In this document: positions 16,280 through 29,924 of the stretch, one piece after another
Position numbering within the stretch: the stretch's first letter is position 1
How the letters are laid out: the number at the start of each line of letters is the position of its first letter
Assembly (NCBI RefSeq): GCF_009914755.1
Contig: NC_060926.1
Direction: 5' to 3' (one strand)
DNA from: the human T2T-CHM13v2.0 reference genome, Homo sapiens
Length of the DNA: 64,000 bases
Notes under the pieces: model-generated
Databases searched by the model: none
What the model was told of the DNA's origin: nothing
The model's input: the letters and a program-made list of their open reading frames with translations, nothing else
Made by a program: the position numbers and the translations under genes

Positions 16280-17490
16280 CACCCTGGAAGGGAGCTCCCA
16301 GAGTGGGAGGGGAGGTTGCCATCTTTACTGTTCACAACCTTAGCTGTTGTTACCTTCAGTGCAGCTGCCCTGTGAAAAAGTGGCCAGACCATATTTTCAC
16401 GCGAGTCTCTAACCCTGCTTCTCCTCACTGGGCAGAACCTCCTGACCAGGGGTCACCAGCCAACCTCGCCAGTATTTTCCTGCTGGCAGTGGTTCTGAGC
16501 CTCCCTGGGATAGAGCTCCCAGGGGAGAGATTGGTTGTCATATTTGCTGTTTCACAGCCTTATTCTTCGTTGTCTTCAGGCTCTAGGGACTCCTAGATGA
16601 CTAGGAACTGGAGCAAGCTGCAGACATAGCCCAGCAGCTCTACAGAGAAGTGGCCAGACTACTTTTTCAAACAAGTTCCAGAACCCACTTCTCTTCAGTG
16701 GGCAGAATTTCTTGACTGAACTCTGCAACCACACCACCAGTGTTTCTGGCAAGCAACAGTTTCAAAACTCCTTGGGATGAAGCTTCCTGGGGACAGGTAT
16801 GTGTGGGGGTGTTGGCTACCGTATTTGCTGTTTTGAAGCCTTGGCCATTGTTGCCTTTGGGAGTGGAGAGTCTGAAATGACTGAAGGCTAAATCAGACCC
16901 CCAACACAGCACAACTGCTTTAAAAAAAAAGCAGCAAGAGTGATTTTTTCTTTGAGTGCCTAATCCCATTCTTTCTCACTCATCAAGACCTCCAAACCAG
17001 GGTGTTTAGCAGCCCCTGCCAGTGTTTTCTGCACAAGAGCAGTTTCAAACCTCCCTGGGATAGAGCTCCCAGAGAGAGGGGCAGTCCACCATCTTTGCTG
17101 TTTTGCAGCCTTCACTGTTGATATCTTCAGAAGCTAGAAAACCCAAGATAGCTAGGGACTGGAATGGGCGGACCCTCAGCATACTGTAGCAGCCTTATGA
17201 AAAAGTGGCAAGTCTGTCTGTTAGATACCTGGACTTCTGTATCTCCTCTGTATCTCCTCACTGGGTAGGTTCTCCCAGACTGAGTCTCTAGTCACTCCCT
17301 TCTAAGGCTATGGAGCCAGTAGCAGCTCTGCAACTCCCTGGGATAAAGCCCCCTTTGCCATTTTTGCTGTCTCACAGCCCTCACCCTTACTGTCTCCAGG
17401 CTCTGGAAAGTCCATGGGGACCAGGGGCTGATTCAGACCCCCAGCACAGAGTACCCTCCTCAAAGAAAAGTAGGCAGACTGTTCCTGCCT
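16280..17490 (+). repeat. Tandem ~220-285 bp monomers in the L1 5'UTR (about 5 copies)
   Basis: Recurring ctccctgggatagagctccc...gccatctttgctgtt...cagcc...aagtggccagac at ~16285, 16501, 16770, 17051 and 17335. Confidence 0.85.
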
Positions 17491-17579
17491 GACCTGAACC
17501 TCCAGTACAATGACCCTGCTCCAGTCTGACCTCGTAGATCAGAGGCAGCCCAGTAGTTAAAGGAGTACTAACATGCAGA

Positions 17580-18575
17580 GATGAGAAAGAACCAACACAA
17601 AAACTCCAGCAACTCAAATGGCCAGAGTGTCTTATGTCCCTCAAATGACCACAGTTGTTCTCCCACAAGGGTTCTTATCCAGTCTGAGTTGGCTGAAATG
17701 ACAGAAATAGAATGTGAATAGAAATGAAGATCATCAAGATTGAGAAGAATGGCAAATTTTAATATAAGAAAACTAAGAACCATAATGAAATGATGCTGGT
17801 GCTGACATGAAACAGTCAGTATATAAAAATATGCTAACTGATATGATAGAGCTGAAAAACAAACTATAAGAATTTCACAATGCAATTGCCAGTATCAACA
17901 GCAGAATAAATGAAGCTGAGGAAAGAATCTCAGAACTTGAAGACTGCCTCTCCAAAATAACACAGTCAGACAGAAATAAAGAAAAAAGAATTAAAAAAAA
18001 AATAAGCAAACCCTTTGAGAAATATGGGATTAGATATACAGACCAAATCTATGAATTATTGGCATCCCTAAAAAGGACAGGGACAAAGCAAACAACTTAG
18101 AAAACATATTTCAGAAAATGATTCATAAACATTTCCCCAATCTTGTTAGAGAGAACAACAGTCAAATTCAGGAAATACAAAGATTTCCTGCAGATTTTAC
18201 GCAAAAAGATTATCCCCATGACACATAATTATTAGATTTTTTTAAGGTTGAAATGAAAGAAAGGATGTTAAAGGCAGCTAGAGAAAAAAGTCAGATCTTC
18301 TACATAGGGAATTCTATCAAGGTAACAGCAGACCTCTCTGCAGAAACTATACAATCCACAAAAGATTGGGTGCCTATATTCAACATTCTTAAAGAAAACA
18401 ATCTTAAATTAAAAATTTCATATTCAGCCAAACTAAATTTTCTCTGCAAAGAATAAATAAGATCCTTTTCAGGTAAGCAAATGCTGAGGGAGTTTATTAT
18501 CACCAGACCTGCCTTACAAGAGATCTTTCAAGGAACACTAAATATGGAAAGGAAAGATTATTACCAGCCAATAAA
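17580..18575 (+). pseudogene. Disrupted L1 ORF1p remnant
   Basis: MKERMLKAAREKSQI...ADLSAET...PIFNILKE, with stops and frameshifts. Confidence 0.85.
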
Positions 18576-18657
18576 AAAACACACTTAAGTACGCAGATGA
18601 ATGAGACTGTGAAGCAAACACACAAACAAGCCAGCATAATAGCCAGCTAAAAACACC

Positions 18658-21600
18658 ATGACAAGATTAAATCCACACATATCACTAGTAACCTTAAATA
18701 TAAATGGGCTTAATGCGCCATTTAAAAGGCACAAAGTGTTAAGCTGAATAAAAAAGCAAGACCCAATGGTATGCTGTCTTCAAGAGACCCATGTCACATG
18801 CAATGATATTCATAGACTCAAAAGAAAGAAATGGAAAAAAATCCACCAGCAAAGAGAAATCAGAACAAAGCAGGGGCTACAATCCTAATTTCAGACAAAA
18901 CATACTTAAAACCAACAAAGTTCAAAGAAAATTAATAAAAGAAGGACATCATATATGCTAGTAAAGAGCTCCATCAAACATGCAGACCCAACTGTCCTAA
19001 ATATACACACACCCAACACAGGAGCACCCAGTTTCATAGAGCAAGTTTTTAGAGATGTGCAAAGAGACTTGGGATCCCACACAATAATACTGAGACTCTT
19101 AAATACTCCACTGACAGTATTAGACTGATTGAGAAAGAAAATTAACAGAGTTATTCAGGACCTGAACTCAACATTGGACCAAAAGGATCTGATAGAACTC
19201 TGTAGAACACTACATCCCAAAACAAGAGAGTATGCATTCTTCACATTGACATATGGCACATACTCTAAAATCGACCACACAATCTGACATAAAACAATCC
19301 TCAGGAAATGCAAAAAAAAAAAAAAAAACCAAAATCATACCAAATCTATGTTTGGATCAGAGCACGATAAAAATAGAAGTCAAGAATAAAATAATTGCTC
19401 AAAACCATGCAATTACATGGAAATTAAACAACCTGCTCCCAGATGACTTTGGGGTAAATAATAAAATTAAAGTTGGAATCAAGAAGTTCTTTGAAACTAA
19501 TAAGAACAAAGATACAACATGCCAGAATCTCTGGGACACAGCTAAGGCAGTGTTTAGAGGGAAATGTATAGCACTAAATGCCCATATAAGAAACTTAGAA
19601 AGATCTCAAATTAACCTAACATTACAACTGAAAGATCTAGAGAAGCAAAAGCAAACCAATGCCATAGCTAGCAGAAGAAAAGAAATAACCAAAATCAGAG
19701 CCGAACTACAGGAGATTGAAAGATGAAAAATCATTTGAAAGTTCAGTTAAACCAAGAGTTGGTTTTTAGAAAAAATTAGTAAGATAGATAGGCTACTAGC
19801 TAGACTGATAAAGAAGAAAGGAGAGAAGATCCAAATAAACACAATTAGAAATGACAAAAGGGATGTTACCACTGACCCAACAGAAGTACAACCAACAGAG
19901 ACTACTAGAAACCGCTCTATGCACACAAACCATAAAACCTAGAAGAGATGAATAAATTCCTAGAAACACACACCATCCCAAGATTGAACCAGGAAGAAAT
20001 TAATTCTCTGAACAGACCAGTAACAGGCTCTGAAATTGAATCAGTAATAAATAACCTACCAACCAAAAAAAAATCCAGAACTAGACAAATTCATCATGAA
20101 TTCTACCAGATATACAAAGAACAACTGGTACCATTCCTACTGAAACTATTTCAAAAAATTAGTAGGAAGAACTCCTCCCCCATTCATTCTGTGAGGCTAG
20201 TATCACCCTGATACCAAAATCCAGCAGGGGGAAAAAAAAAAAGAAAACTTCACGCCAACATCCTTGAAGAACATTGATGCAAAAATACTCAACAAAATAC
20301 TTGCAAACCGAATCCATCAGCACATCAAAAATCTAGTCTAATACCATCAAGTAGGCTTTATTTCTGGGATGCATGGTTTGTTCAACATAGGCAAATCAAT
20401 AAATGTTATTCATCACATAAACAGAACTAAATACAAAAACCTTATGATTATCTCAAAAGATGCAGAAAAGGCATTCAAGGAAATTCAGCATCCCTTCATG
20501 ATAAAAACTCTCAATAAACGAGATATTGAGAAGTATACATCAAAATCTTGAGAGGCATCTATGAAAAGCCCACAGCCAACATCGTACTGAATGGGCAAAA
20601 GCTGGAAGCATTGCCCTTCAAGACCGGTACAAGACAAGTATGCCCTCTCTCATTACTCTTATACAACATAATATTGGAAGCCCTGGCCAGAGCAACCAGA
20701 AAAGAGAAAGAAATAATGGGCATCCAAATAAGAGAAAGAAAGTCAAAATATTTATTTTAAGATTACATGATTCTATATCTGGTAAACCCTATAGTTTTGG
20801 CTCAAAATCTCCTTCAGCAGATAAACAATTTCAGCAAAATCTCATGACACAAAGTCAACGTACAAAAATCACTAGTATTCTTACACAAAAACAACAGCCA
20901 GGCTGAGAGCCAAATCAGGAATACAATCCTGTGTACAATTTCCACAAAAAGAATAAAATACCAAGGAATACAGCTCACCAGGGAGGTGAAAGATCTCTAC
21001 AATGAGAATTACAAAGCACTGCTTAAAGAAATCAGACATGACACAAACAGATAGAGAAACATCCCATGTTCACTGATAGGAAAAAATCAATATCATTAAA
21101 ATGCCATACTGCCCAAAGCAATTTACAGATGTAATACTGTTTCTAGCAAATTACCAATGACATTCTTCATGGAATTTGAAAAAAACTATTTTAAAATTCA
21201 TGTGAAACCAGAGAGGCCAAATAGCCAAAGAAATCCTGAGCAAAAAGAATAGAGTTGGAGGCCTCATGTTACCTGACTTCAAACTATACTACAGGGCTAC
21301 AGTAACCAAAAGAGCATGGTAATGGTACAAAAAGAGGCATATAGACCAATGGAACAGAACAGTGAGCCCAGGAATAAGGGCACACACCTAAGCCATCTGG
21401 TCTTTCACAAAGCTGACAAAAGCAAGCAATGGAGAGAGGTCTCCCTATTCGATTAATGGTGGTAAGATACCTGGCTAGCCATATGCAGAAAATTAAAACT
21501 GGGCCTCTTCATTACACCATATACAAAGATGGTGTAACAACCTTGATGTAAACCCCAAGAGTATAAAAACTATGGAAGACAACCTAGGTGATACCATTCT

Positions 21601-22900
21601 GGACATAGGAATTGGCAAAGATTTCATGACGAATACATCAAAAGCAACTTCAACAAAATCAAAAATTGACAAACGAGGTCTAGTTAAGTTTAAGAACTTC
21701 TGCCCAGAAAAAGAAATTTTCAACAGAGTAAACAGACAACCTACACAGTGGGAGAAAATATTTGCAAATTATGTATCTGATAAAGGTCTAACATCCAGGA
21801 TCATTAAGGAACTTAAATTTATAAGAAAAAACAAACTCATTAAAAACTGGGCAAAGAACATTAACACTTTTCAAAAGAAGACATACATGTGGCCAAAAAG
21901 CATATTTTAAAAAGCTCAATAAGACTGACCATTAGAGAAATACAAATCAAAACCACAATGAGATACTATCTCACTCGAGTCAAAATGACTATAATGAAAA
22001 TTTCAAACAATAACAGAATCTTGTGAGGTTGCAGAGAAAAGGGAATGCTTTCAAACTGTTGGTGGTAGTGTAAATTAATTCAACCATTGTGGAAAGCAGT
22101 GTGGTGATTCCTCAAGTAGCTAAAAACAGAACTACCATTTGACCCAGCAATCTCATTACTGGGTATATACCCAAAGGAATTGTGATGGTTAATATTGAGT
22201 GTCAACTTGATTGGATTGAAGGATGGAAAGTATAGTTCCTGTGTGTGTCTATGAGGGTGTTGCCAAAGGAGATTAACATTTGAGTCAGTGAACTAGGAGA
22301 GGCAGACCCACCCTCAATCTGGGTGGCCATGATATAATGAATTGCCAGTGTGGCTAGGATAAAAGCAGCCTGAGGAACATGGAAGGACTAAACTGGCTAA
22401 GTCTTTGGTCTCCATCTTCCTCCTGTGCTAGATGCTTCCTACACTCAAACAGTGGACTCCAGGTTGTTCAGCTTTTGGACTTTGGAATTACACTAGTGGT
22501 TCGCCAGAGGCTTACAGGTCTTTGGACACAGACTGAAGGCTGCACTGTCAGCTTCCCAAATTTTGAGGTTTGAGGGCTCAGACTTGCTTTCTTGCTCCTC
22601 AGCTTGCAGACAGCCTATTGTGGGACTTCACCATGTAATCATGTGAGACAATACTCCTTAATAAACCCCCTGTCATGTATACATCTATCCTATTAGTCCT
22701 GCCTCTCTAGAGAACCCTAATACAGCAATATAAATTGTTCCATCAAAAGACACATGCACACATATGTTCACTGCAGCACTATTCACAATAGCAAAGACAT
22801 GGAATCAGCACAAATGCCCATCAATGGTAGAGTGGATAAAGAAAATGTGATATGTATATACCATGGTATACTCTACAGTCATAAAAAAGAATGAGATCAT
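18658..22900 (+). pseudogene. Disrupted L1 ORF2p (endonuclease/reverse transcriptase) remnant
   Basis: ATG at 18658 reads MTRLNPHISLVTLNINGLN; [14 protein letters not shown]; [13 protein letters not shown]; GTRQVCPLS. Many frameshifts and an LTR insertion. Confidence 0.88.
22181..22724 (+). mobile_element. MLT2A (HERV-L) solo LTR
   Basis: TG...CA ends (tgtgatggttaatattgagtgtcaacttgattggattga ... gaaccctaataca). 5-bp TSD GGAAT/GCAAT; AATAAA at 22660. Confidence 0.92.
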
Positions 22901-24258
22901 GTCCTTTGCAGGAACATGGATGAAGTTGGAGGCCATTATCCTTAGCAACTTACAATGCAGGAACAGAAAATCAAATACTGCATGTTCTCACTTTTAAGTG
23001 GGAGGTAAATGATGAAAACACATGGATACATATAGGTGAACAGCAGAGACTGGGGCCTACTTGAGGGTGGAGGGTGGCAGGAGGAAGAAGATCAGAAAAA
23101 TATCTTCTGGGTACTAAGCCTAGTACCTGGGTGATGAAATAATCTATACAACAACTACCTGTGACCCAAATTTACCTATGTAATAAACCTGCATGTGTAC
23201 CCCTGAACCTAAAATAAAGGTTAAAGAAATAGAAAAAATAAGACAAAAAATGCAATGTTTCTACATTTTAAATTTAATTACATGTAACTTTCTATAAAGT
23301 CCCATCTTAGCATACTTTTGCTATATCTCATAGGTTTTGGTCTCTGTGTTTTGATATTCATATGTTCCAAAAAATTGTTAATAATTTTCTCCTTAATTTT
23401 TTCATTGAACTAATTGCCATTCAGGGACATCTTGTTTAATTTACACATATTTACACAGTTTCCAAAGTTCCCGTTGTTATTGATTTCTAGATTATTTTTT
23501 ATTGTTGCCTGAGAAAATACTTGACATGATTTTGATTTGTAAAACATTTGTTGGGACTTCTTTTGTGTCCTAACATATGGTATATCTTTGAAAATGTTCC
23601 ATGTGGTGATGAGAAGAATGTGTATTCTGTAATTTTGGATTAAATATGCTGTAAATGTCTTTTAGGTCCATTTGGTCTAATGTGCAATTTAAATTCAATG
23701 TTTCATTGATTTCCTGTCTAGGTAATGTGTCTAATGCTGAGTTTGGGGTGTTGAAATCCCCCACAATTATTGTTTTGAGTCTATTTTTCTCTTTAGATCT
23801 CACAATATTTGCTTTACATATATTGATATTCTGGCGATGGATGCCTACATGTCCAGGATAGTTATATTTTCTGGCTTAATTGATCCCTTCTTCATTGTAT
23901 AATCACCTTCTTTGTCTCTTTTTACCATTTTGACTTAAGGTCTGTTTTATCTGACATAAATATAGCTACTTATACTTACTTTTATTTTACATTTGCATAA
24001 AATATCTTTTTCCATCTTTCTTTGAGCCTACATATGTCTTTACAGGTGAAATGAGTTTCTTATAAGGCAGCACAGAGTTGAATAATGTTTTCATTTTTGT
24101 TTTCCACTTACTAGCCAGTCTATATATTTTAAGTGGAATGTTTAATCTGTTACCTTCAAGCTTATTATTGATATAGGAGGGCTTATTCCAATTATTTTGT
24201 TAATTGACTTCTACTTGTTTTGTCTACCACTTGTTTCTTTCTCTCTCTCCTATTATTA

Positions 24259-24650
24259 CTGTGGTTTGGGTCTGGGTCCCCACCCAAATCTCATGTCAAA
24301 TTGTAATCCATAGCGATGGAGGTGGGGCCTGGTGGAGGTGATTGGATCATGGGGGCAGATTTCCCTTTTGGTGCTGTTCTCATGAGAGTGAGTGAGTTAT
24401 CGTGTGATCTGGTTGTTGAAAACTGTGTAGCACCTCCCCCCTCTCTCTCTTCCTCCTGCTCTAGCCATGAAAGATTTACCTGCTTCCCCTTGGCCTTCCA
24501 CCATGACTGAAAGTTTCCAAGGTCTTCCCAGAAGCCATCATGCTTCCTGTACAGCCTGTGAAACCATGAGTCAGTTAAGCCAATTCTTTCCTTTACACAT
24601 TACTCGGTTTCAGGTATCTCTCTATAGCAGTGCAAGAATGGACTAATACA
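24259..24650 (+). mobile_element. MSTA/MSTB MaLR solo LTR
   Basis: ccccacccaaatctcatg...gaggtgattggatcatggggg...gactaataca. Confidence 0.92.
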
Positions 24651-26928
24651 GTGGTTTTCTGTAGCAGTCTCACATGAGTCTTTTCCTCATTTGTGTGTTT
24701 TCTCCTCTAGTGGGTTTGTAGACTTTCATGTCTTTTTGTAATAATTAGATATTGTCCTTTGGCTTCCAGGTATAGGACTCCCTTAAGATTTTCTTGCTGG
24801 GCCAGTCTAGATAGAGGTGACAAAATCCCTCAGATTTTCCTGTCTTGGAAAAATGTTATTTTCCCTTCATTTGTGAAGGACAACTTTGGTGAATATAGTA
24901 TGTTTGGCAGATAGATATTGTCTTTTTAAAACTTTGAAAATATTATCTCATTTTCTCCCAGCTTGTAAGATCCCTGCTGATAAATCAATTGACTGTTAAT
25001 CTGAAGGGAGTTCCTGATAAGTCACTAGATGCTTTTCTCTTTCTGTTTTCAGAGTTCTCTCTTTGTCTTAGACTTTTGACAGTTTGACCATAATGTGTCA
25101 TGGAGACATTTTTCTTGGTATCTGTTTGAGGACTTCCCGGCTTTGTTTAAATCTTTAGCTAAATCTTGGAAGTTTTCAGATTTAATTTGACTTTATTTTT
25201 TCAACTTTTATTTTAGATGTAGAGCATATAAATGCAAGCTTGTTATACGGATAAATTACATGTTGAGGGGGTTTGATGTGTGGATTATTTCATTACCATA
25301 CAATAAGTATAGTACCAAATAGGCATTTTTTCTATATTCACACTCCTCCACTCTTAAGTAGGTCCCAGTTTCTATCGTAACTTTTTTTGTGTTCATGTGT
25401 TCTGAATGTTTAGATCCCACTTATAAGTGAGAATATGCAGTATTTGGTTTTCTGTTCCTATGTTAATTTGCTTAAGATAATGGCCTCCAGCTCCCCTCAT
25501 GTTGCTGCAAAGGACGTGGTCTCATTCTGTTTTAGGGCTACGTGATATTTCATGGTGTATATGTACCACATTTGCTTTATCCAATCCACTGTTGATGGGC
25601 ACCTAGTTTCTATGTCTTTGTTTTTGGGAACAGCTGGTGATGAATATAGACATGCATGTGTTTTTATGTTAGAACGACTTATATTTCTTTGAATATATAC
25701 CCAGGAATGAGATTGCTGGGTCAAATGGTAGTTCTGTTTTCAGTTCTTTGAAAAATCAAACTGCTTTCCACAGTGGATGAACTAATTTGTGTTCCTACCA
25801 GCAGTGTATAAGCATTCCCTTTTCCCTACAATCTCACCAGCATGTTATTTTTTGACTTTTCATTAATAGCCATTCTGTCTAGTGTGAAATGTTATCTCAT
25901 TGTGATTTTGATTTGCATTTCTCTAATGAGTGGTCCTGTTGAGCATTTTTTTCATATGCTTGTTGGCTGTGTGATGTCTTCTTTTGAGAAGTATCTGTTC
26001 ATGTCTTTTTCCCAATTTTTAATGAGGTTGTTTGATTTTCCTTGTTAATTTGTTTAAGTTCATTATATATTCTGCATATTAGACCTTTGTTGAATGCATA
26101 GTTTGCAAATATTTTCTCCCATTCTGTAGGTGGTCTATTTATTCTGTTGATAGTTTCTCTTGTTGTACAGAAGCCCTTTAGTTTAATTAGGTCTCACTTG
26201 TCAATTTTTGGTTTTGTTTCAATTGCTTTTCAGAACTTAGTCATAAATCCTTTGCCAAGGCTTATTTTCAGAACAGTATTTCCTAGGTTTTCCTCTATGG
26301 CTTTTATTGTTTTGGGCTTCACATTTAAGTCTTTAATCCATGTTGATTTTATTTTCATGTATAGTGAAAAAAAGTTTCAATCTTCTGTGTATGGCTAGCC
26401 AGTTATCCCAGGACCATTTATTGAATAGGGTGTCCTTTTGCCTTTTTCCTGTTTATGTTGATTTTGTCAAAGATCAGATGGTTGAAGGTGTTCAACATTA
26501 TTTCTGGGTTCTGTATTCCGTTCCCTTGGTCTATGAGTCTCTTTTGTATCACTATCATGCTGTCTTGGTTACTGTAGCCTTCTTGTGTAGTTTGAAGTCA
26601 GGTAATGTGATGCCTCTGGCTTTGTTCTTTTCACGTAGGATTGCTTTGGCTATTCGGGAGTTCCCAAGAAAGAACTAAAAGAAATGGGATGTAAATTTTA
26701 GGATAGTGTTTTTCTAATTCTATGAAAATAGTTTTTGGTATTTTGATAGGAATACCACTGTATTAATAAATTGCTTTAGGCCGTATGGCCATTTTAACAA
26801 TATCTTTTCTTCCTATCATGAGCATCAGATGTTTTTTCATTTGTTGTGTCATCTCTGACTTCTTTCAGCAGTGTTTTGTCATTCTCATTGTAGAGCTCTT
26901 TCACTTCCCTGTTTAGTTGTTTTCCTAG

Positions 26929-26960
26929 GGGTGTGTGTGTGTGTGCACGTGTGTGTGTGT
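26929..26960. repeat. (GT)n microsatellite inside L1 ORF2
   Basis: gtgtgtgtgtgtgtgcacgtgtgtgtgtgt. Confidence 0.85.
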
Positions 26961-28299
26961 ATTGAGACTGAGATTGAATTCTTGATTTGGTTCTCAGTAT
27001 GAACGTCGTTAGTGTATACAAATGCTACTCATTTTGTACATTGATTTTGTATCCTGAAACTTTGCTAAAGTTAATCAGATCAAGGAATTTTTGGGTAGAG
27101 ACTGGGGGTTTCTACGTATAAAATTATATTGTCTGTGAGGAGAGATATTTTGACTTCCTCTCTTCATATTTGGATGCTTTTTACTTATCTCTCTTGACTA
27201 ATTACTCTGACTAGGACTTCCAGTGTTATGTTGAGTAGGAGTGGTGATAGTGGGCATCCTTGTTCTGGATCTTAAGAGGAACACTTCCAGCTTTGCCCAC
27301 TCACTTTGATGATGACTGTGGGTTTGTCATAGATGGCTTTTTTTAAAGCATGTTTCTTCGATTTCTAGTTTGTCGAAGGTTTATAACATGAAGAAATGTT
27401 GAGTTTTGTCTAAAGCCTTTTCTGTGTCTATTGAGACGATCATATGGTTTTTTGTTTTTAGTTCTGTTTATGTGATGAATCACATTTATCGATTTGTGTA
27501 TGTTGAACCAAAATTGCAAACCTCGAATAAAGCCTACTTGATCTTGGTGGAACAGCTTTTCGACGTGCTGCCGAATTTCGTCTGCTAGTATTTTATTGAA
27601 GATTTTTGTAACTATGTTCATAATGAATATTTGCCTGATGTTTTCTGTTCTTGTTGTCTCTACCAGGTTTTGATATCAGAATGATGCCGGTCTCAAAGAA
27701 TGAGTTAGAGAGGAATCCCTCCTCCTCAACTTTTCAAAATAGTTTTAGTAGGATTAATACAAACTCTTCTTGATAAATCTAGTAGAATTCAGCTGTGAAT
27801 CCATCTGGTCCAGGCCTTTTTTTGGTTGCTAGGCTTTTTATTACTCAATCAATTTCAGATCTCATTACTGGTTTATTCAGAATTTCAATTTTTTTTCCTG
27901 GTTCAATCTTAGGAGGTTTTATGTTTCTAGGAATTTATCTCTTTATACTAGGTTTTCTAGTTTGTAGGCATAGCATTGCTCATAATAGTTACTGAAAGGT
28001 TCTTGTATTTCTGTTGTGCTGGTGGTAATGTTCCCTTTGACGTTTCTAATTTTATTTGATTATTTTGTTTTTTCTTTATTAAGCTAGCTAGCAATCCATC
28101 ACTCGTATTTATTCTTTCAAAAAATGAACTTTGGGTTTTGCTGATCTTTTGTATGGTTTTTCATGTCTCAATTTCATTTACTTGAGCTCTGATTTTGATT
28201 ATCCTTTCTTCTGCTAGCTTTGAGGTTGGTTTGCTCTTTTTTTCTACTTCCTCTAGTTATGACATCAGGTTGTTAATTTGAGATTTTCTTCACTTTTTT

Positions 28300-29860
28300 A
28301 TTTTTATTTTTAAGTTCTGGGGTACATTTGCAGGATGTGCAGGTTTGTTATGTAGGTAAATGTGTGCCACGGTGGTTTGCCACACCTATCAACCCATTAT
28401 TTAAGTGTTAAACCCCACGTGCATTAGCTGTTTATCCTAATACTATCCCTCCCTAGAACTTCCCAACAGGCCCCATTGTGGGTTGTTCCCCTCCATGTGT
28501 ACATGTGTTCTCATTGTTCGGCTCCCACTTATAAATTAGAATATGCAGTGTCTGGTTTTCTGTTCCTGTGTTAGTCTGCTATGGATAATGGCTTCCAGCT
28601 CCATCCATGTCCCTGCAAAGGACCTAATCTTTTTTTTCATGTCTGCATAGTATTCCATGATGTATATGTACCACATTTTCTTTATCCAGTCTATCATTTA
28701 TTGGCATTGGGGTTGATTCCATGTCTATGCTATTGTACTTAGTGCTGCAATGAACATACACATGCATGTATCTTTGTAATAGAATGATTTATATTCTTTG
28801 GGTATATACCCAGTAATGAGATTGCTGGGTCCAATGATATTTCTGGTTCTAGATCTTTAAGGAATCGCTATACTGTCTTCCACAATGGCTGAACTAATTT
28901 ACATTCCCACCAATCGTGTAAAAGCATTCCTATTTCTCCGCGACCTCACCAGCATCTGTTGTTTTTTGACGTTTTGATAATAAATAGTCTGACTGGTGTG
29001 AGATGGTATATCATTGGGATTTTGATTTGCATTTCTCTAATGATCAGTGATGTTGAGCTTTTTTTCATATGTCTTTTGGTCACATTCATGTCTTCTTTTG
29101 AGAAGTGTCTGTTCATGTCCTTTGCCCACTTTTTAATGGTGTTATTTTTTTCTTGTAAAGTTGAGGTTCTTGTTTAAATTCCTTGTCGATTCTGGATATT
29201 AAGCCTTTGTCAGAAGGATAGATTACAAAAGTTTTCTTCCACTCTGTAGGTGGCCCGTTTACTCTGATAATAGTCTCTTTTGCTGTGCAGGAGTTTTTTA
29301 GTTTAATTAGATACCATTTGTCAATTTTTACTTTTGTGGCAATTGCTTTTGGCAATTTCATCATGAACTCTTCTCACTTGCCTATGTCCTAAATGGTTTT
29401 GTCTAGATTTTCTCCTAGGGTTTTTATAGTTTTGGGTTTTATATTTAAGCCTTTAATTCATCTTGAGTTAATTTTTGTGTAAGATGTAAGGAAGGGATTC
29501 AGTTTCAATTTTCTGCATATGGCTAGCCAGCTTACCCAGCACAATTTATTAAGTAGGGAATCCTTTCCCCATTGCTTGTTTTTGTCAGGTTTGTCAAAGA
29601 TCAGATGGTTGTAGATGTGCAGTCTTTTTTCGAGTTCTCTATTTTGTTCCGTTGGATGCAAAGAGGAGCTAATACTCTTTCTTCTGAAACTATTCCAAAC
29701 AATTATAAAAGAGGAACTCCTTCCTAACTCATTCTATGAAGTCAGCATCATCCTGAAACCAAAAGCTGGTAGAGATACAACAACAAAAAAAAAAAAAACA
29801 AAAGAAAGAAGGAAAGAAAGAAAGAAAGACAGAGAGAGAAAGAAAGAAAGAAAGGAAGGA

Positions 29861-29924
<64 letters not shown>

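Larger units (their letters stand above)
15706..23250 (+). mobile_element. Full-length L1PA13-15/L1PREC2-like element
   Basis: 5' start ggaggctggccaagttggctgactagaagcagc, then 5'UTR, ORF1, ORF2, 3'UTR, AATAAA and A-tail. TSD-like tgaaatgttt before and tgcaatgttt after. Confidence 0.93.

Noticed and set aside
19253-21910. ORFs encoding endonuclease/reverse-transcriptase-like peptides
   Set aside because: They are frameshifted fragments of a dead L1 ORF2, not a functional gene or a new RT system.
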